Origin: Candidatus Bathyarchaeota archaeon
GTDB lineage: Archaea > Thermoproteota > Bathyarchaeia > Bathyarchaeales > Bathycorpusculaceae
Direction: 5' to 3'
NCBI GenBank assembly: GCA_963780185.1
Contig: CAWABA010000009.1
Coordinates: 96,001 to 160,000 of the forward strand
DNA: 64,000 bases
Shown one piece after another: positions 19,229 to 30,761 of this stretch. The first letter of the stretch is position 1; each line of letters opens with the position of its first letter. The position numbers and the translations under genes are program-made. The notes beneath the pieces were generated by a model. The model saw only the letters and a list, made by a program, of their open reading frames with translations, made no database searches and was not told where the DNA came from.

Positions 19229-21313
19229 AGATTGAAGTTGTCCAGCTTGAAAACATCCGTAGCCACATCAAATCAACCGTGCCCTTCACAGGCGGCTTCA
19301 ACTGCCTAGTCGGCGGTTTAGGCTGCGGAAAATCCAGTGTCCTCTACGCGGTTGACTTTGCCCTGTTCGGCGACGCAATCGGAAGAAGCTTCGAGTATCT
19401 GCTTCGTGAAGGCGCAGACTGGGGGCGCGTCACAGTTCAGTTTAGCCAGAACGGCAGCACCTACAAGCTTACCCGCGGAATAAGACGAAAAGGAAAAAGC
19501 ATCACCCAAAACATCGAGGAACTAAAGCTCTTTGAAGATGACAAACTTGTCGCCAGCATGAAAACCGACGCGATTGCCGAGCAATTCAAATCCATAACAG
19601 GGTTAGATAAGGAGCTTTATCGAGAGATTGTTTGGTTCAGGCAGGAGCATCTTAAGGAACTGCTGGATTCAGCGCCGCGTGACAGGCAGAGGCGTCTGGA
19701 TGAACTGTTCGGCTTATCTGACTATGAGATTGCATGGAGCAGCATCGCGCAGTACCAGCGGGATTACGAAACCGAAAGGCGGGTTTACGAGAAAGACCCC
19801 GACGTCAACGGATTAGAAAAACTCAGCGGCGAATACAACAAGACAAGCGAAGAATACACGATGCTGGAAATGGAGCTTGAAACCTCAACGCAGAAGCTGG
19901 CGATTGCTAAAAAAACGTTGGACGAAGCGGATTCTAAACTTAAGCGGCTGGAGGAGAAACGGCAAGCCATCGAAGAGCTGAAACGGAAAGAGGCGAGGCT
20001 GCACTCCGACGCCGTCAACACGGGCAGCGCCTTGGCTTCACTAACCGAACGGATACAGGGCAAAAAAACAATCCTGGACAATCTGCATCAACGCCAAGTT
20101 TCCATCGACACCCAAGCTAAACTGTGTTTGGGCAAACTTGAGCAGGCAGGCTTGCCGACAGACCAACCAGCGCAGTCGCTTCATATTGTGCCTGGCGTCG
20201 TTTGATGACAAAATCAGCAGCTTACGAGCTGACCAAGAAGCAACTTCCAGAGACCTGCAAACAGACAAAAGACGAGCAGTCTCGCTGGCGCAGGAAAACA
20301 AATGTCCCCTCTGCATACAGCCTCTGGACGGCGAATACAAAACCAACCTGCTTTCGCGAATTGAAAAAGATAACATTGACCGAGAAAAAACCCTCACTCA
20401 GCTAAGAATACAAATCGATTCCATGCAGAAAACAAAAGCCTCAGCCTCAGAAGCTTACTCTACCCTTCAAACTTGCCTGACAAGAGCTGAAGAGTTAAAG
20501 AACCGTATAAGCGAGGAAGAAATTAACCTCAAAAACTTGTCCTGCGAGTTTGAGGAAAAACAGGGGCTTGAAGCGGACCTGAAGATGCAGCTTGAGCAGG
20601 TGCAGTTTGAAATCGGCAGGTTCGACTCATCCGAATTGGATACTGCACGAATGCAGCGTGAAGCGGCTTTCAGGCAATATTACCTTGTGGACTCTGAATT
20701 GCGTACCAAAGAGAGCCGCAAAAGTGACCTTTTCAGGCGCTTAGACGAAATCAAGGAGCGAATTGACGTTGCTCAGGGAAAGCTGGAGCGCATGGAGAAA
20801 AACCGAAAAACAGTGGAGGTTTTAGGCGCTATCCGCGATGCTTACCGCAGCATTCAGCCTAAGCTTCGCAGCGAATTCGTGAAGGTTCTGCGCAACTACA
20901 TCCAGCAAGTGCTCGACAGCTTAGTCGGCGCAGAAGCATCCATGCTAAACGTAGTAATCGACGACACCTACACGCCTTACGTGAAAAGCGAAGCAGGGGT
21001 TGACCGCGAAGTTTCCAACCTTTCAGGCGGCGAACGCACGCTTCTGGCTTTCGCTTACCGTTTAGGTTTGGGGCAGCTTATCATGCAGTCGCGGACGGGT
21101 CACGGCTTAAGTATGCTTGTGCTTGATGAACCGACAGAAAACTTGGGCAGCGAAGACGGAAGCATAGAGCGGCTCGCAGAAGCCATAAGCCGATTCAAGG
21201 CGATAGAGCAAATCATCGCGGTTACCCACAGTGAAGCTTTCGCAGGGAAAGCTGACCATGTGATTACTCTTGAAAAAGAAGCTGGCGTAAGCAAAATATC
21301 AATTGAACGATAA
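19225..21313 (+). CDS. rad50: Rad50 ATPase (frameshift near 20170)
   Basis: GxxGxGKSS, coiled coil, CPLC hook, LSGGE, LDEPT. Confidence 0.92.
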
Positions 21314-21569
21314 CAGATTCTTCCAGAAAATGTCTATGCCATCTATTTTCATGAAAATACTTTCAATAGTCTATTAAAAAGGCTCTTTACTACTGTTGTT
21401 CTAAAGATAAGAACACAGAGGAAGTTTTCAAAGCTTCCGACCGAGCGCTCTGATAGTTGGTAAAGGCTTATATCGAACCCATTCCATATGTTGAAAAGCG
21501 TAAAAAATAGTGTTTGAACGAGTTGGAAAAACTTCAAGCATTATCGCATAATATTAGGAGTTTAAGAAA

Positions 21570-22361
21570 ATGTCTAAAACAAAAAACTTTAAAGTTATTG
21601 CCATGATTCTGCTAACAACAACACTCTTAGTACTAGCATCAAGCGCAAGCATCTCAAACGTTAAAGCAGCAACAACGCAGACCTTGGTTCTTTACACTAC
21701 ATTAGGCGGCGCATGAGTTCAGTCGATGCAAACGGCACAGCCATGACGCCAGGGAGTCAACAGGTAATAGTCTCACCAGCGGCGACACATATACGTTCAC
21801 CGCGACGGCTGCTTCTGGCTACAAATTCATAGGCTGGGCATATGCTGACGAAACGGTCCGGTTGGGTCAACCAGTGCCTCATTCTCAAAAGTCATTTCAA
21901 ACCCTGCTCTTTAGAGGCAATCTTCATCCCGACCACTAACACAACGGCAACGACCATCAGGAAGCGGAGCAGCTAGCACTAAGCTATCTTCGCGACAGCC
22001 GGCGGTACAACTAGTCCTGCTGGATCCCTCACTGGAGCATCAGTCAGCGGCACGATAGGTCACACCACAACTATAACTGAGACAGCGGAAGCGGCTACAC
22101 ATTCCTGTGCTGGGTCGTACAATGCTCATCAAACAACTACTACACTTCAACAACACTTAATTACATGCCAACATACAAGCGGAGCAGCCGTCGAAGCAAT
22201 CTGGGTTCCAACCAGCAGCGGAATAACACTGCCATCAGCATCACCGACACCAACACCGAAAGTAGCTGAATTCTCATCTGCAATAGTCGCCATCGTAGCC
22301 GTAGCATTAGTCGCAGGCGCATTCGGAACATACGCATACACCAAGAAAAACACGAAAGTAA
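21570..22361 (+). CDS. secreted surface protein with repeated domain and PEF-CTERM-like anchor (several frameshifts, not in ORF track)
   Basis: signal peptide MSKTKNFKVIAMILL, GYKFIGW/GYTFLCW repeats, PTPTPK-VAEFS-TM-KK tail. Confidence 0.65.
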
Positions 22362-22598
22362 AACCCCACTTTCTTTTTTTATTTTTTTAAAATACTTTTT
22401 TAATTTTAAATTACTGAGAACCATTGGATTTATGCTCAACAGCTTTAGACACTTGCGAAGAGCTTTCTTGCTTCAACCCCCGCAAGATAATTTATGCGTC
22501 TATCGTCGTCAAAGTCCGTTAACGGTAATTTCCCAAGCCTTATATAACGCACTCAAGCACCCTTAAACCACCAAAAATGGTTTGGCGGCGAACACAAA

Positions 22599-23700
22599 AT
22601 GAAGTTTAACGTGGGAATCGAATCAATCAAAGCCGAAGTAAAAGACAACATTCTTGTAATTTCGTCCAAAGAACCTTTGAGAGTCCTCAGCTCCGCCGTT
22701 TTAAACGGAGGACTAATGGAAGCACAGGGAATAATTAACGTTCAAGTTCCCGAAGGCAGCGGCGAAGACAAAAATGATGTACACTGGAACGCCGAAGAAT
22801 TCTTGAAAACGCAAGTCCAAAAGCTCAAGCTTCCAAACGGCAAAGTAGTTGCGTTAATGACCGCCGCCAAAATGAAGAATGTAGCGTCAGCCACCAGAAA
22901 AACTGGCAAAACAACCCTGACCCTTTTCGTAACCGCTGGAACAACCGTCGCCGTCACAGCAGGGGAACCGGCAGCCTCAAAAAACCCGCCGAAACCCGGC
23001 ACAATAAACATTATCTTGCTGGTGGATGGAAACATGACAGACGGCTGCATGGTTGAGGCACACAAAACAATTACTGAAGCAAAAACAGTCGCGTTGCGGG
23101 AGCTGGATGTTAGAAGCCAGTTTTCAGGCGACCTTGCCACAGGAACCTTAACCGACACCGTAGCGGTGGCTTGCACCAAAAGAGGGGAACGTCATAAGTT
23201 TTGCTGGAACTTTCACTTTGATAGGGGAACTCATCGCGCAATGCGTTCGAGAATGCGTAAAGACAGCTATTTACAAACAAGAGGGGTCGTGTCAAGCAGA
23301 CCTTTGACGGAAAGACTGGCTGAAAGAGGATTGCAAATCGAAAAGCTCATGTCTCTTTTCAGCGAAAACAGGTTCCTGTTGAAAGCGCCAAACATCAGCG
23401 GTTCAAAAAGGAGTTAGAGCAAGACTTTAGCTGACAAAAAAATTGCGTCGTTGGTTTTGGCAAGCCTCAGGTTTGACGACGATTTAAAAAAAGGCTTAAT
23501 CCCTGAGCAAATGAAAATACTGTTGACCAAGCTGCTTTTGAAGAAATTGTCGTATGCGGCAATCAGGAGTTACTTGTCGGACAAATGCAAATCAGACGAA
23601 GAATCCCCAGGAAAAGAGACGAAAGAAGAGAATTTGGGTCCTTTGACCAGCTTGCGTTTTGAAGGCTATTCTTGAAAAACGCCTACTCCAAAACTGATAA
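22599..23700 (+). CDS. cbiZ: adenosylcobinamide amidohydrolase CbiZ (frameshifted, 3' end approximate)
   Basis: LSSAVLNGG, LMTAA, GTINII, TEAKT, ATGTxTD. Confidence 0.85.
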
Positions 23701-23821
23701 GCCAAACTAACCTGAAGACTTGGAGCGTTCAACTGTTCGCCTACAGCTATCCAGATTGCGCCCAAGTACAGTTAACTTTAATAATGCTGTAACTGGCTTT
23801 TTTAGCAAGGTGCAAATTTAC

Positions 23822-25085
23822 GTGGTCTCAATAAACCCCAAAGAGCTGCCATATGACACGCTCAAGCATTGGCCTCCAATGACCTACAGAGACAACAAAG
23901 CACCAACCCAGGAGGCAATCAGGGATTTTGCAGATTTCCTTAAGACAGAAAACCATTCCAAGGGACCGAAAGAACTGCAGCCGTGGATTCCATTCTGCGA
24001 TGGAAGATGCTCGTTTTGCTATTTCCCAGTTAACTGCGAAAAACAGCGACATTTCCGCCTACATTGAAGCATTGAAGATTGCGCTGCATCGCTACGCCGA
24101 AACCAGATACGTCAAATCAACAGTTTTCGAAGAGATCTACATCGGCGGCGGCAGCCCATCCATTCTTTCGGAGACCCAAATCGCGGATGTTATGAATTTT
24201 GCCGAGCGCAACTTCAAATTTACCGACAAATGCACAACCAAATTTACAGCGTGCACCTTCGGGTTGACTGACAAAAAAATTCGTCTCTTAGCTTCCCACG
24301 AAGTTGACCAATTAGACATCGGGGTTCAAACCTTTGAAGATGCCTTTAGAAAAAACCTTACACTTCGAGATGGAACCAAAGACGCTAAAGAAAAGCTGAA
24401 AGCAGTCAAGAAAAATGGTTTGCACCTCAGCATCGACTTGCTCTATAACCTCCCTGGGCAGACGATGGAGCAGTGGCGAGGGGACTTAAAGCAGGCTTTG
24501 GAGCTTGAAGTTGAAAGCGTAGACTGCTACCCGCTGGATTTGTACGCAGATACCCCGCTTGCCCGAAGAATCGCTGGTGGTGAGCTGCCTTCGCCAGGGG
24601 ACTACCAGAAAGAGCTTGAAATGTACATGGAAGCCTACGATATCTTCAAAGAAAACGGGTATTTCCCAACCTGCCATAACAGGTTCTCACGGCTAAAAGA
24701 AGACCAGGGCAAAGTGTCTTCGGAAGTGGTGGGAACTGGCGCAGGCTTCTTCATGGGGCACTTAGGCAACTACCAATACTCAGACATCGACAACGTAAAA
24801 GACTACATAGCCTCAGTTCAGCAGGGATCTTTCCCGTTGGCTTCTCTTGCAACGCTTTCAAAAGAAGACAAGATGCGCAAGGCAATGATGCTCATTTACG
24901 TTCGTGTTCGACTGGACCGCAAAGACTTCAGGGACGAGTTCGGAAAGTTCCCCGAAGAAGCATTCCCCGATGCGATAGAACGGCTCAAGCAAAAAGGCTT
25001 AATCGAGGTAACCGACGAAGAGATAAGGCTATCAGAAAAAGGCGACCCATGGCGATTCAACATAGCTTGGGAATTCTTCAAGTAA
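23822..25085 (+). CDS. HemN/HemW-like radical SAM protein (frameshift near 24045)
   Basis: IPFCDGRCSFC, YIGGGSPS, IGVQTF, DLLYNLPGQT, HemN-like C-terminus. Confidence 0.85.
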
Positions 25086-25169
25086 GGTTTTGGCCAATCG
25101 TTGTTTTGAATTTTCAATTTATAGGAGTTGCATAGAAGAGTGCCGTACCCATTTTTAGCCAGTTTCTCC

Positions 25170-26009
25170 TCAAAATTCTTTTGTGGTTTCAAAGGCTCTC
25201 ATTGCTGCGAAGAACATGATTGCGGCGAATCCGGCGAGAAACGCAAAAGAGATAAGAATCGTCTGAGGCGCAGTAGAGTAGTGAACTCCAAAAGAGTAGA
25301 AATCTGAGCCTATTCCAAAATAACGCATACCATTAATGAAGTGTGTGAGAGGATTAAGGTTGCTTACAATTTTTATCGCCGACGGCATCGAATCGATTGG
25401 ATAAAGTGCGTTGCTCGCAAAAAATAGTGGTAATGTTAAAAGAGTTATTATGGCTTGACTAACATTATGGTCCCTTACCTTCATCGCGATAGCAGTTGAA
25501 AGAAACATCAAGCCCAAAGAAAAAAGTGCGGCAAACATTAACACGCCCGCTATTGCAGTTAGGGTACCTGCAATTGTTAACCCGAAGAAAAAATAGACTC
25601 CAAGAACATACCCAAACGCGATTACAATGGCTGTTTGAATCAAAGCTTTTGTAATTCCTCCTAAAGTCACCCCTAAAAGTATCTGCGAACGAGGCATCGG
25701 CGAAACCACAATCAACTTCATCAACCCATATTGCTTGTCGAACTGCACGTTCTGCCCCGCATATAGGCAAGTGAAAAGAATAGTCATGCCTACCACTCCA
25801 GCCGCCATGAACGTCATATAGTTGGCAGAAACCACACCAGGCGGGTTAGAGCCGCTGGGAAAGAAAAGGGTGATGTTGCTTGACATCGAGATCCCGTAAA
25901 GAACTAGCCAAAGCACTGGCTGGATAAGAGCGGAAAAAAGAAGCGCCTTTGAACGGAAGAATTTCACCATGTCCCGCCAATAAATTGCAACAAATCCATT
26001 TTCCATCAA
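25170..26009 (-). CDS. ABC-2 permease (DrrB-like)
   Basis: 6 TM, SNALYP, NPLT. Confidence 0.9.
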   Translation of the reverse strand: MMENGFVAIYWRDMVKFFRSKALLFSALIQPVLWLVLYGISMSSNITLFFPSGSNPPGVVSANYMTFMAAGVVGMTILFTCLYAGQNVQFDKQYGLMKLIVVSPMPRSQILLGVTLGGITKALIQTAIVIAFGYVLGVYFFFGLTIAGTLTAIAGVLMFAALFSLGLMFLSTAIAMKVRDHNVSQAIITLLTLPLFFASNALYPIDSMPSAIKIVSNLNPLTHFINGMRYFGIGSDFYSFGVHYSTAPQTILISFAFLAGFAAIMFFAAMRAFETTKEF

Positions 26010-26012
26010 GCA

Positions 26013-27005
26013 TCAACTCCCGTGTGCAACTGAGGTTTTTGATCCAAAGCCTTCTTGGCCCTCTTCGCCCAATCCCTTTCCAGTAAAATGGACAAAGACA
26101 TCATCCAAGGTGGGCTTCATTAGATTGACGCTGCATATTTCAATCCCTTCAGTTCTCAGGATGTCAATTAGTCTCGGTGTTAAATGCGCGTTCTCTTTGA
26201 AATGAATAATCAATCCTTCAGACGAACTCGAAATTTGATTTATGCCTGGTACATCTTTAATGAGTCGGGCTGCTTTCTCGTCATTATCAGTTTGCAGATG
26301 GATTCGGTCTTGTCCCAGAGAGTTTTTCAGGCTCTCGGATGAACCGTTCGCTATTATTTTTCCTTTATCAATTATGCAGACGGCGTCGCTGTTTTGGTCC
26401 GCTTCATCCATATAATGGGTGGTTAGGAAAATCGTGACTCCCTCCGAATTGACCTTTTTTATGTATGACCAAATCCGCCTTCTTGTTTGAGTGTCTAAAC
26501 CTATTGTGGGTTCGTCAAGAAACAGAATTTGCGGTCTTGTTAGAAGCCCTCTCGCGATTTCGAGGCGACGCTTCATGCCGCCGCTGAGGTTCTTGGCAAA
26601 TTCATTCTTCTTATCAGTCAATTCGACCAATTCAATGAGTTCATCTATTCGGGGTCGTCGGACATCTTTTGGAAGCGAATATATTCTTCCATGAAAATCC
26701 ATCGTTTCCCACACTGTGAGGTCCCTATCGAGCCTTTGGTCCTGAAAAACAACTCCTATGGATTTACGAACCTTGTCCCGTTCATTTGTTACGTCAAACC
26801 CTGAGATTGTTACCCTGCCTTTCTGTATCGGCAGCAGGGTTATTAGCAAATTGATTGTAGTTGTTTTTCCCGCACCGTTTGGTCCTAAAAACGAGAATAT
26901 CTGCCCCTTTTCAACGCAGAAGCTGATGTCGTTAACAGCAACGAGTTTCCCGTAATTGTAGCAGAGTCCTTCAACCGATATTATTGGGTCTCCCATAACT
27001 ATCAC
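26013..27005 (-). CDS. ABC ATP-binding protein (DrrA-like)
   Basis: GPNGAGKTT, LSGGMKRR, DEPT. Confidence 0.93.
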   Translation of the reverse strand: MIVMGDPIISVEGLCYNYGKLVAVNDISFCVEKGQIFSFLGPNGAGKTTTINLLITLLPIQKGRVTISGFDVTNERDKVRKSIGVVFQDQRLDRDLTVWETMDFHGRIYSLPKDVRRPRIDELIELVELTDKKNEFAKNLSGGMKRRLEIARGLLTRPQILFLDEPTIGLDTQTRRRIWSYIKKVNSEGVTIFLTTHYMDEADQNSDAVCIIDKGKIIANGSSESLKNSLGQDRIHLQTDNDEKAARLIKDVPGINQISSSSEGLIIHFKENAHLTPRLIDILRTEGIEICSVNLMKPTLDDVFVHFTGKGLGEEGQEGFGSKTSVAHGS

Positions 27006-27006
27006 G

Positions 27007-28359
27007 CTATTCTATTTTTCCAACTGAATCATTGCATTGCCAAGTTTGCCTTTTGGCTTTTTTAGTTCTAAGTCCAACTACTAAACCTGCGATTATGACC
27101 ACAATCATGATTATGCCTAGAATAATCAAAAGGGAGCCACCACTGATTGTTGAAGTTGAGGGTTTGGAAGAAGCAGAGGAACTGGACAAAGGAGACTGAG
27201 AAGGCATTTGTGGCGAGGGTTGCGGAACGACAATTGAGCCAAAGGCATAGACGTTGTTGTCGTCGGAGCCCACGTAGACTACACCGTTGACAACCGAAGG
27301 AGAAGACTCCACGGCACTTTCGGTCGTGAAACTCCAAATCTTAACTCCCGTGGTAGCGTTTAAAGCATAAACATTGCCGTCCTCGGAGCCAAAGCAAACC
27401 ACGCCGTCGGCCACGAACGGAGCAGAATCTATGATGTTGCCAGTCGAGAAGTTCCACATTTTGGTCCCGCTTGCAGCGTTCAAGGCATAAAGGTTGTTGT
27501 CGTCTGAGCCGATGTAAACTACGCCGCCTGCGACGGCTGGGGAAGACTCGATTTCGGCGCCCGTCGTGTAATTCCACACTTTGCTCCCTGTAGCCGCGTC
27601 TATTGCGTAGACGTTGCCGTTGGTGGAGCCAAAATAGACCTTGCCGTCGGCAACCGCTGGCGTCGAGTAGGTGAAGCCGAAGCCACCTATCGTGTAGCTC
27701 CAAATTTTGCTGCCGGTTGAAGCGTTCAGAGCGTAGGCGTCAGCGTACGAGTTGACGTAGACTACGCCGTCGACGATTGCGGGGGCTGAGTAGACGTAGT
27801 TGCCTGTGCTGTAGTTCCAGATTTTGGCGCCGGTCGCGGCGTTTAACGCGTAAACGTTGAAATCGTTGGAGCCCACGTAGACCACACCGTTAGCAACCGA
27901 GGGAGAAGAATACACCTCAGCTCCAGTCCTGTAGCTCCAAATTTTGCTGCCGGTTGAAGCGTTCAGAGCGTAAACATAATTGTCGTCGGAGCCTATGTAA
28001 ACGACGCTGTCGGCGACCGCGGGAGAATCCTCCACTGCGTTGCCTGTCTTGTAGTTCCAGATTTTGGCGCCTGTGGCTGCGTTCAAGGCATAAATGTAGT
28101 CGTCATCCGAACCGACGTAGACCACACCATTGACAACGGCGGGAGAAAGATACTCAAGGGAATTCTCGGTTGGGAAGATCCAAAGGGTCTTATTTGTCAG
28201 CGGCACAGTCGAAGTGGAGTACCCCGCGTGAGATAGGTCATGATGGAATTGGGTGGACCAGTCCACGGGAGACTGTTGGGCATTCACTTTTGGCGCAAAG
28301 GCTGAAAACATAGTTAAACACAAGATCCCCAGAAGGATTATTGTTTTTTTGTGGTTGAT
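27007..28359 (-). CDS. surface PQQ/BamB-type 8-bladed beta-propeller with C-terminal TM
   Basis: about eight 40-aa SSPAV.GVVY.GS.D..YALNA.TG..W repeats; signal peptide; start probably near 28359. Confidence 0.88.
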   Translation of the reverse strand: MNHKKTIILLGILCLTMFSAFAPKVNAQQSPVDWSTQFHHDLSHAGYSTSTVPLTNKTLWIFPTENSLEYLSPAVVNGVVYVGSDDDYIYALNAATGAKIWNYKTGNAVEDSPAVADSVVYIGSDDNYVYALNASTGSKIWSYRTGAEVYSSPSVANGVVYVGSNDFNVYALNAATGAKIWNYSTGNYVYSAPAIVDGVVYVNSYADAYALNASTGSKIWSYTIGGFGFTYSTPAVADGKVYFGSTNGNVYAIDAATGSKVWNYTTGAEIESSPAVAGGVVYIGSDDNNLYALNAASGTKMWNFSTGNIIDSAPFVADGVVCFGSEDGNVYALNATTGVKIWSFTTESAVESSPSVVNGVVYVGSDDNNVYAFGSIVVPQPSPQMPSQSPLSSSSASSKPSTSTISGGSLLIILGIIMIVVIIAGLVVGLRTKKAKRQTWQCNDSVGKIE

Positions 28360-28378
28360 TCTTCCCTCTCCTTTCGCT

Positions 28379-28395
28379 GGTTGGATTATCCAGCC
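28379..28395. promoter_or_regulatory. palindromic operator GGTTGGATTATCCAGCC
   Basis: 3 bp downstream of minus-strand TATA AACTTATATT (28399-28408). Confidence 0.75.
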
Positions 28396-28639
28396 GTGAA
28401 TATAAGTTTTCTCCAAAAAACTCCAATGCACCCTTAACCACCCACCCCATTTTTGTGGTGCGCGCTGTTTTTCTGACCTTTCAATGCCAGCGGGTGGTGA
28501 GCTGTGGAATACTTGTTTGTGCTGTGTTGCACGTGACTAGTTGTTTTCTCGTTTTGTATGTTAATTTCCGTGGGAAATTGGGGTTAGGTTTGGGTTGGCA
28601 AGTTGGGGTGTGCCTTTTTTTCCGTAAGTTTCTTATAGC

Positions 28640-28658
28640 AGGTTGGATAATCCAACCT
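28640..28658. promoter_or_regulatory. palindromic operator AGGTTGGATAATCCAACCT
   Basis: perfect inverted repeat just downstream of CTTATA, 21 bp before the btuF ATG. Confidence 0.8.
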
Positions 28659-28679
28659 AACACAATGGGGATTAGAAGG

Positions 28680-29657
28680 ATGGTAAACAAAAATATCATT
28701 TACATCGCAACCGTGATAATAATCATCACGATAGTTTCAGGCGCCTTTCTTTACGTAAACACAAAAACGTCAAACCAAACAAACACAAAAAATAACATCT
28801 CAGTTACAGATGACGAAGGCTACACTACCAATTTAACTGCGCTTCCAGAGAGAATCATTTCGTTGGCACCTGCCTGCACGCAAATTCTTTTCGCTCTCGG
28901 CGACGGCAACAAAGTCGTGGGCGTAACCGACTATGACAACTACCCATACAATTTCTCGGCGTGGATCGCGGCTGGCAACATGACAAGCATCGGCGGCTAC
29001 TCGACCCCGAACATGGAAGCTATCGCCTCGCTTCGCCCAGACCTGATAGTGTCAGACAACATTAACGATGCGATACTGCCGAACCTTAGAAGCTTAAATT
29101 ACAAAGTAATCGTCATTAACCCAACCAGCATCGACGGCGTCTACCAAGACTTGACCATGGTGGGCAAAGCAACCGGTGCCCAAACAAAAGCCGCCAGCGT
29201 GATTGCCAACATGACTAGCACAATCAGCAACATACAAGCGAAAATAGCGGCTGCAAATATTGCTACTGAGCCGAAAGTTTACTATGAAGTCTGGTCAGAC
29301 CCGCTTATGAGTGCGGGTTCAACTACCTGGATAAATGACGTTATCAGCAAGGCTGGCGGAGTCAACATATTCGCTAACGAAACACAGCAGTACCCAACCG
29401 TTGCCTCAGAAACAATAGTTTCGCTTAACCCCGACGTAATTCTGCTGCCGACCAACATGGGAACTGGAACCCCGTTCTACGGAACTGTGCAAGACGTGAA
29501 ATCGACGCCGGGCTGGAACACAATCAACGCAGTCAAAAACGACAAAATATACGTAATCGACCAAGACCTATTCGCTGAACCAGGACCAAGAGTCGCTGAC
29601 CAAGTATATGCAGTCGCACAGTGCCTTTACCCACAACTTTTTAACTCAACAACCTAA
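28680..29657 (+). CDS. btuF: cobalamin/Fe-chelate ABC substrate-binding protein
   Basis: PERIISLAP, E.IASL.PDL, E.IVSLNPD, PGPR; N-terminal TM. Confidence 0.85.
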   Translation: MVNKNIIYIATVIIIITIVSGAFLYVNTKTSNQTNTKNNISVTDDEGYTTNLTALPERIISLAPACTQILFALGDGNKVVGVTDYDNYPYNFSAWIAAGNMTSIGGYSTPNMEAIASLRPDLIVSDNINDAILPNLRSLNYKVIVINPTSIDGVYQDLTMVGKATGAQTKAASVIANMTSTISNIQAKIAAANIATEPKVYYEVWSDPLMSAGSTTWINDVISKAGGVNIFANETQQYPTVASETIVSLNPDVILLPTNMGTGTPFYGTVQDVKSTPGWNTINAVKNDKIYVIDQDLFAEPGPRVADQVYAVAQCLYPQLFNSTT

Positions 29658-29677
29658 TTTTTTTTGTTGTGTAACTC

Positions 29678-30752
29678 ATGGATAAGCCGCAAACTGAAGG
29701 ATCGTTGGTTAAGCGTTCGTCAAGATGGAAGCTTATCTTAGCGGCGCTAATCGTGGCTTTCATCCTAACCGTAATCGTCGCGCTCAACGTCGGCTACGCA
29801 CCTATTTCTTTTTCACAAATTCTGCTGATACTGGGAAAACAAATCCCGTTTGCTCCCATCAGACTCAGCATCCATTTCACCTAAAAACAGCGCGATAATT
29901 CTGCAACTCCGTCTCCCTCGAGTGCTTGCTGGAGCCTTGGTTGGCGCTGGATTGGCGGCGGCTGGAGTGATTTATCAGGGAATCTTCAGGAACCCTATGG
30001 CTGACTCATACCTGCTTGGCGCCTCCGCGGGAGCATCAGTCGGCTACACCATTGCCGTCCTTTATGTTACATCTTCATTGTCGTTTATCGGCTTGGGGAT
30101 GACACAGGTTTTCGCGTTCATATTCGCGTTATTAACAGTCTTCGTCGTGCTAACTATTTCGCGGGTAGGTGGAAAAATCCCGACGACCACTTTGCTGCTT
30201 TCAGGTATAGTTGCAAACATTTTCCTTTTAGCGATTGAAACAGTCATGCAGCTTCGATCGGGCAAAGTGCTCAGCGGCATAGTGGCGTGGCTTGCAGGCG
30301 GATTCTCCGACACCGTTTGGACCCAATTCTACGCGGTTATGCCGATAATTCTCATAGGCATTGTGCTTACATATTTTTTCACTCGCGACCTAAACGTGCT
30401 CTCCATGGGCGAGGACACAGCGCAGCATTTGGGCGTAAACACAGAAAGAACCCGCCAAATCTTGCTTGCTATTGCCTCTTTGATAACTGCGGCTTGCGTC
30501 GCAATAAGCGGGGTAATAGGCTTCGTAGGCTTAATAATTCCTCACATGACGCGACTTGTAATTGGACCTGACCACCGCATCCTATTGCCTGCCTCCACAA
30601 TCGTCGGAGCCATTTTCCTGGTAATTTGCGATTCCGTGGCGCGGGTTGCTACAGGTGCGTCTGAGCTGCCGGTAGGCGTCATAACTGCCCTTGTAGGTAC
30701 CCCATTCTTTATTTATCTGCTTAGAAGGAGAAAAACAAGTTATTCGCTTTGA
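29678..30752 (+). CDS. btuC: FecCD/BtuC permease (frameshift near 29860)
   Basis: RLPR, FRNPMAD, IGFVGLIIPH, ELPVG. Confidence 0.9.
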
Positions 30753-30761
30753 GGATGAAGT

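Noticed and set aside
27230-28200. About 120-bp tandem DNA repeats
   Set aside because: Explained by the coding beta-propeller blades
28410-28630. Cobalamin riboswitch in the btu intergenic region
   Set aside because: No recognisable B12-box core, and the region lies upstream of both TATA boxes
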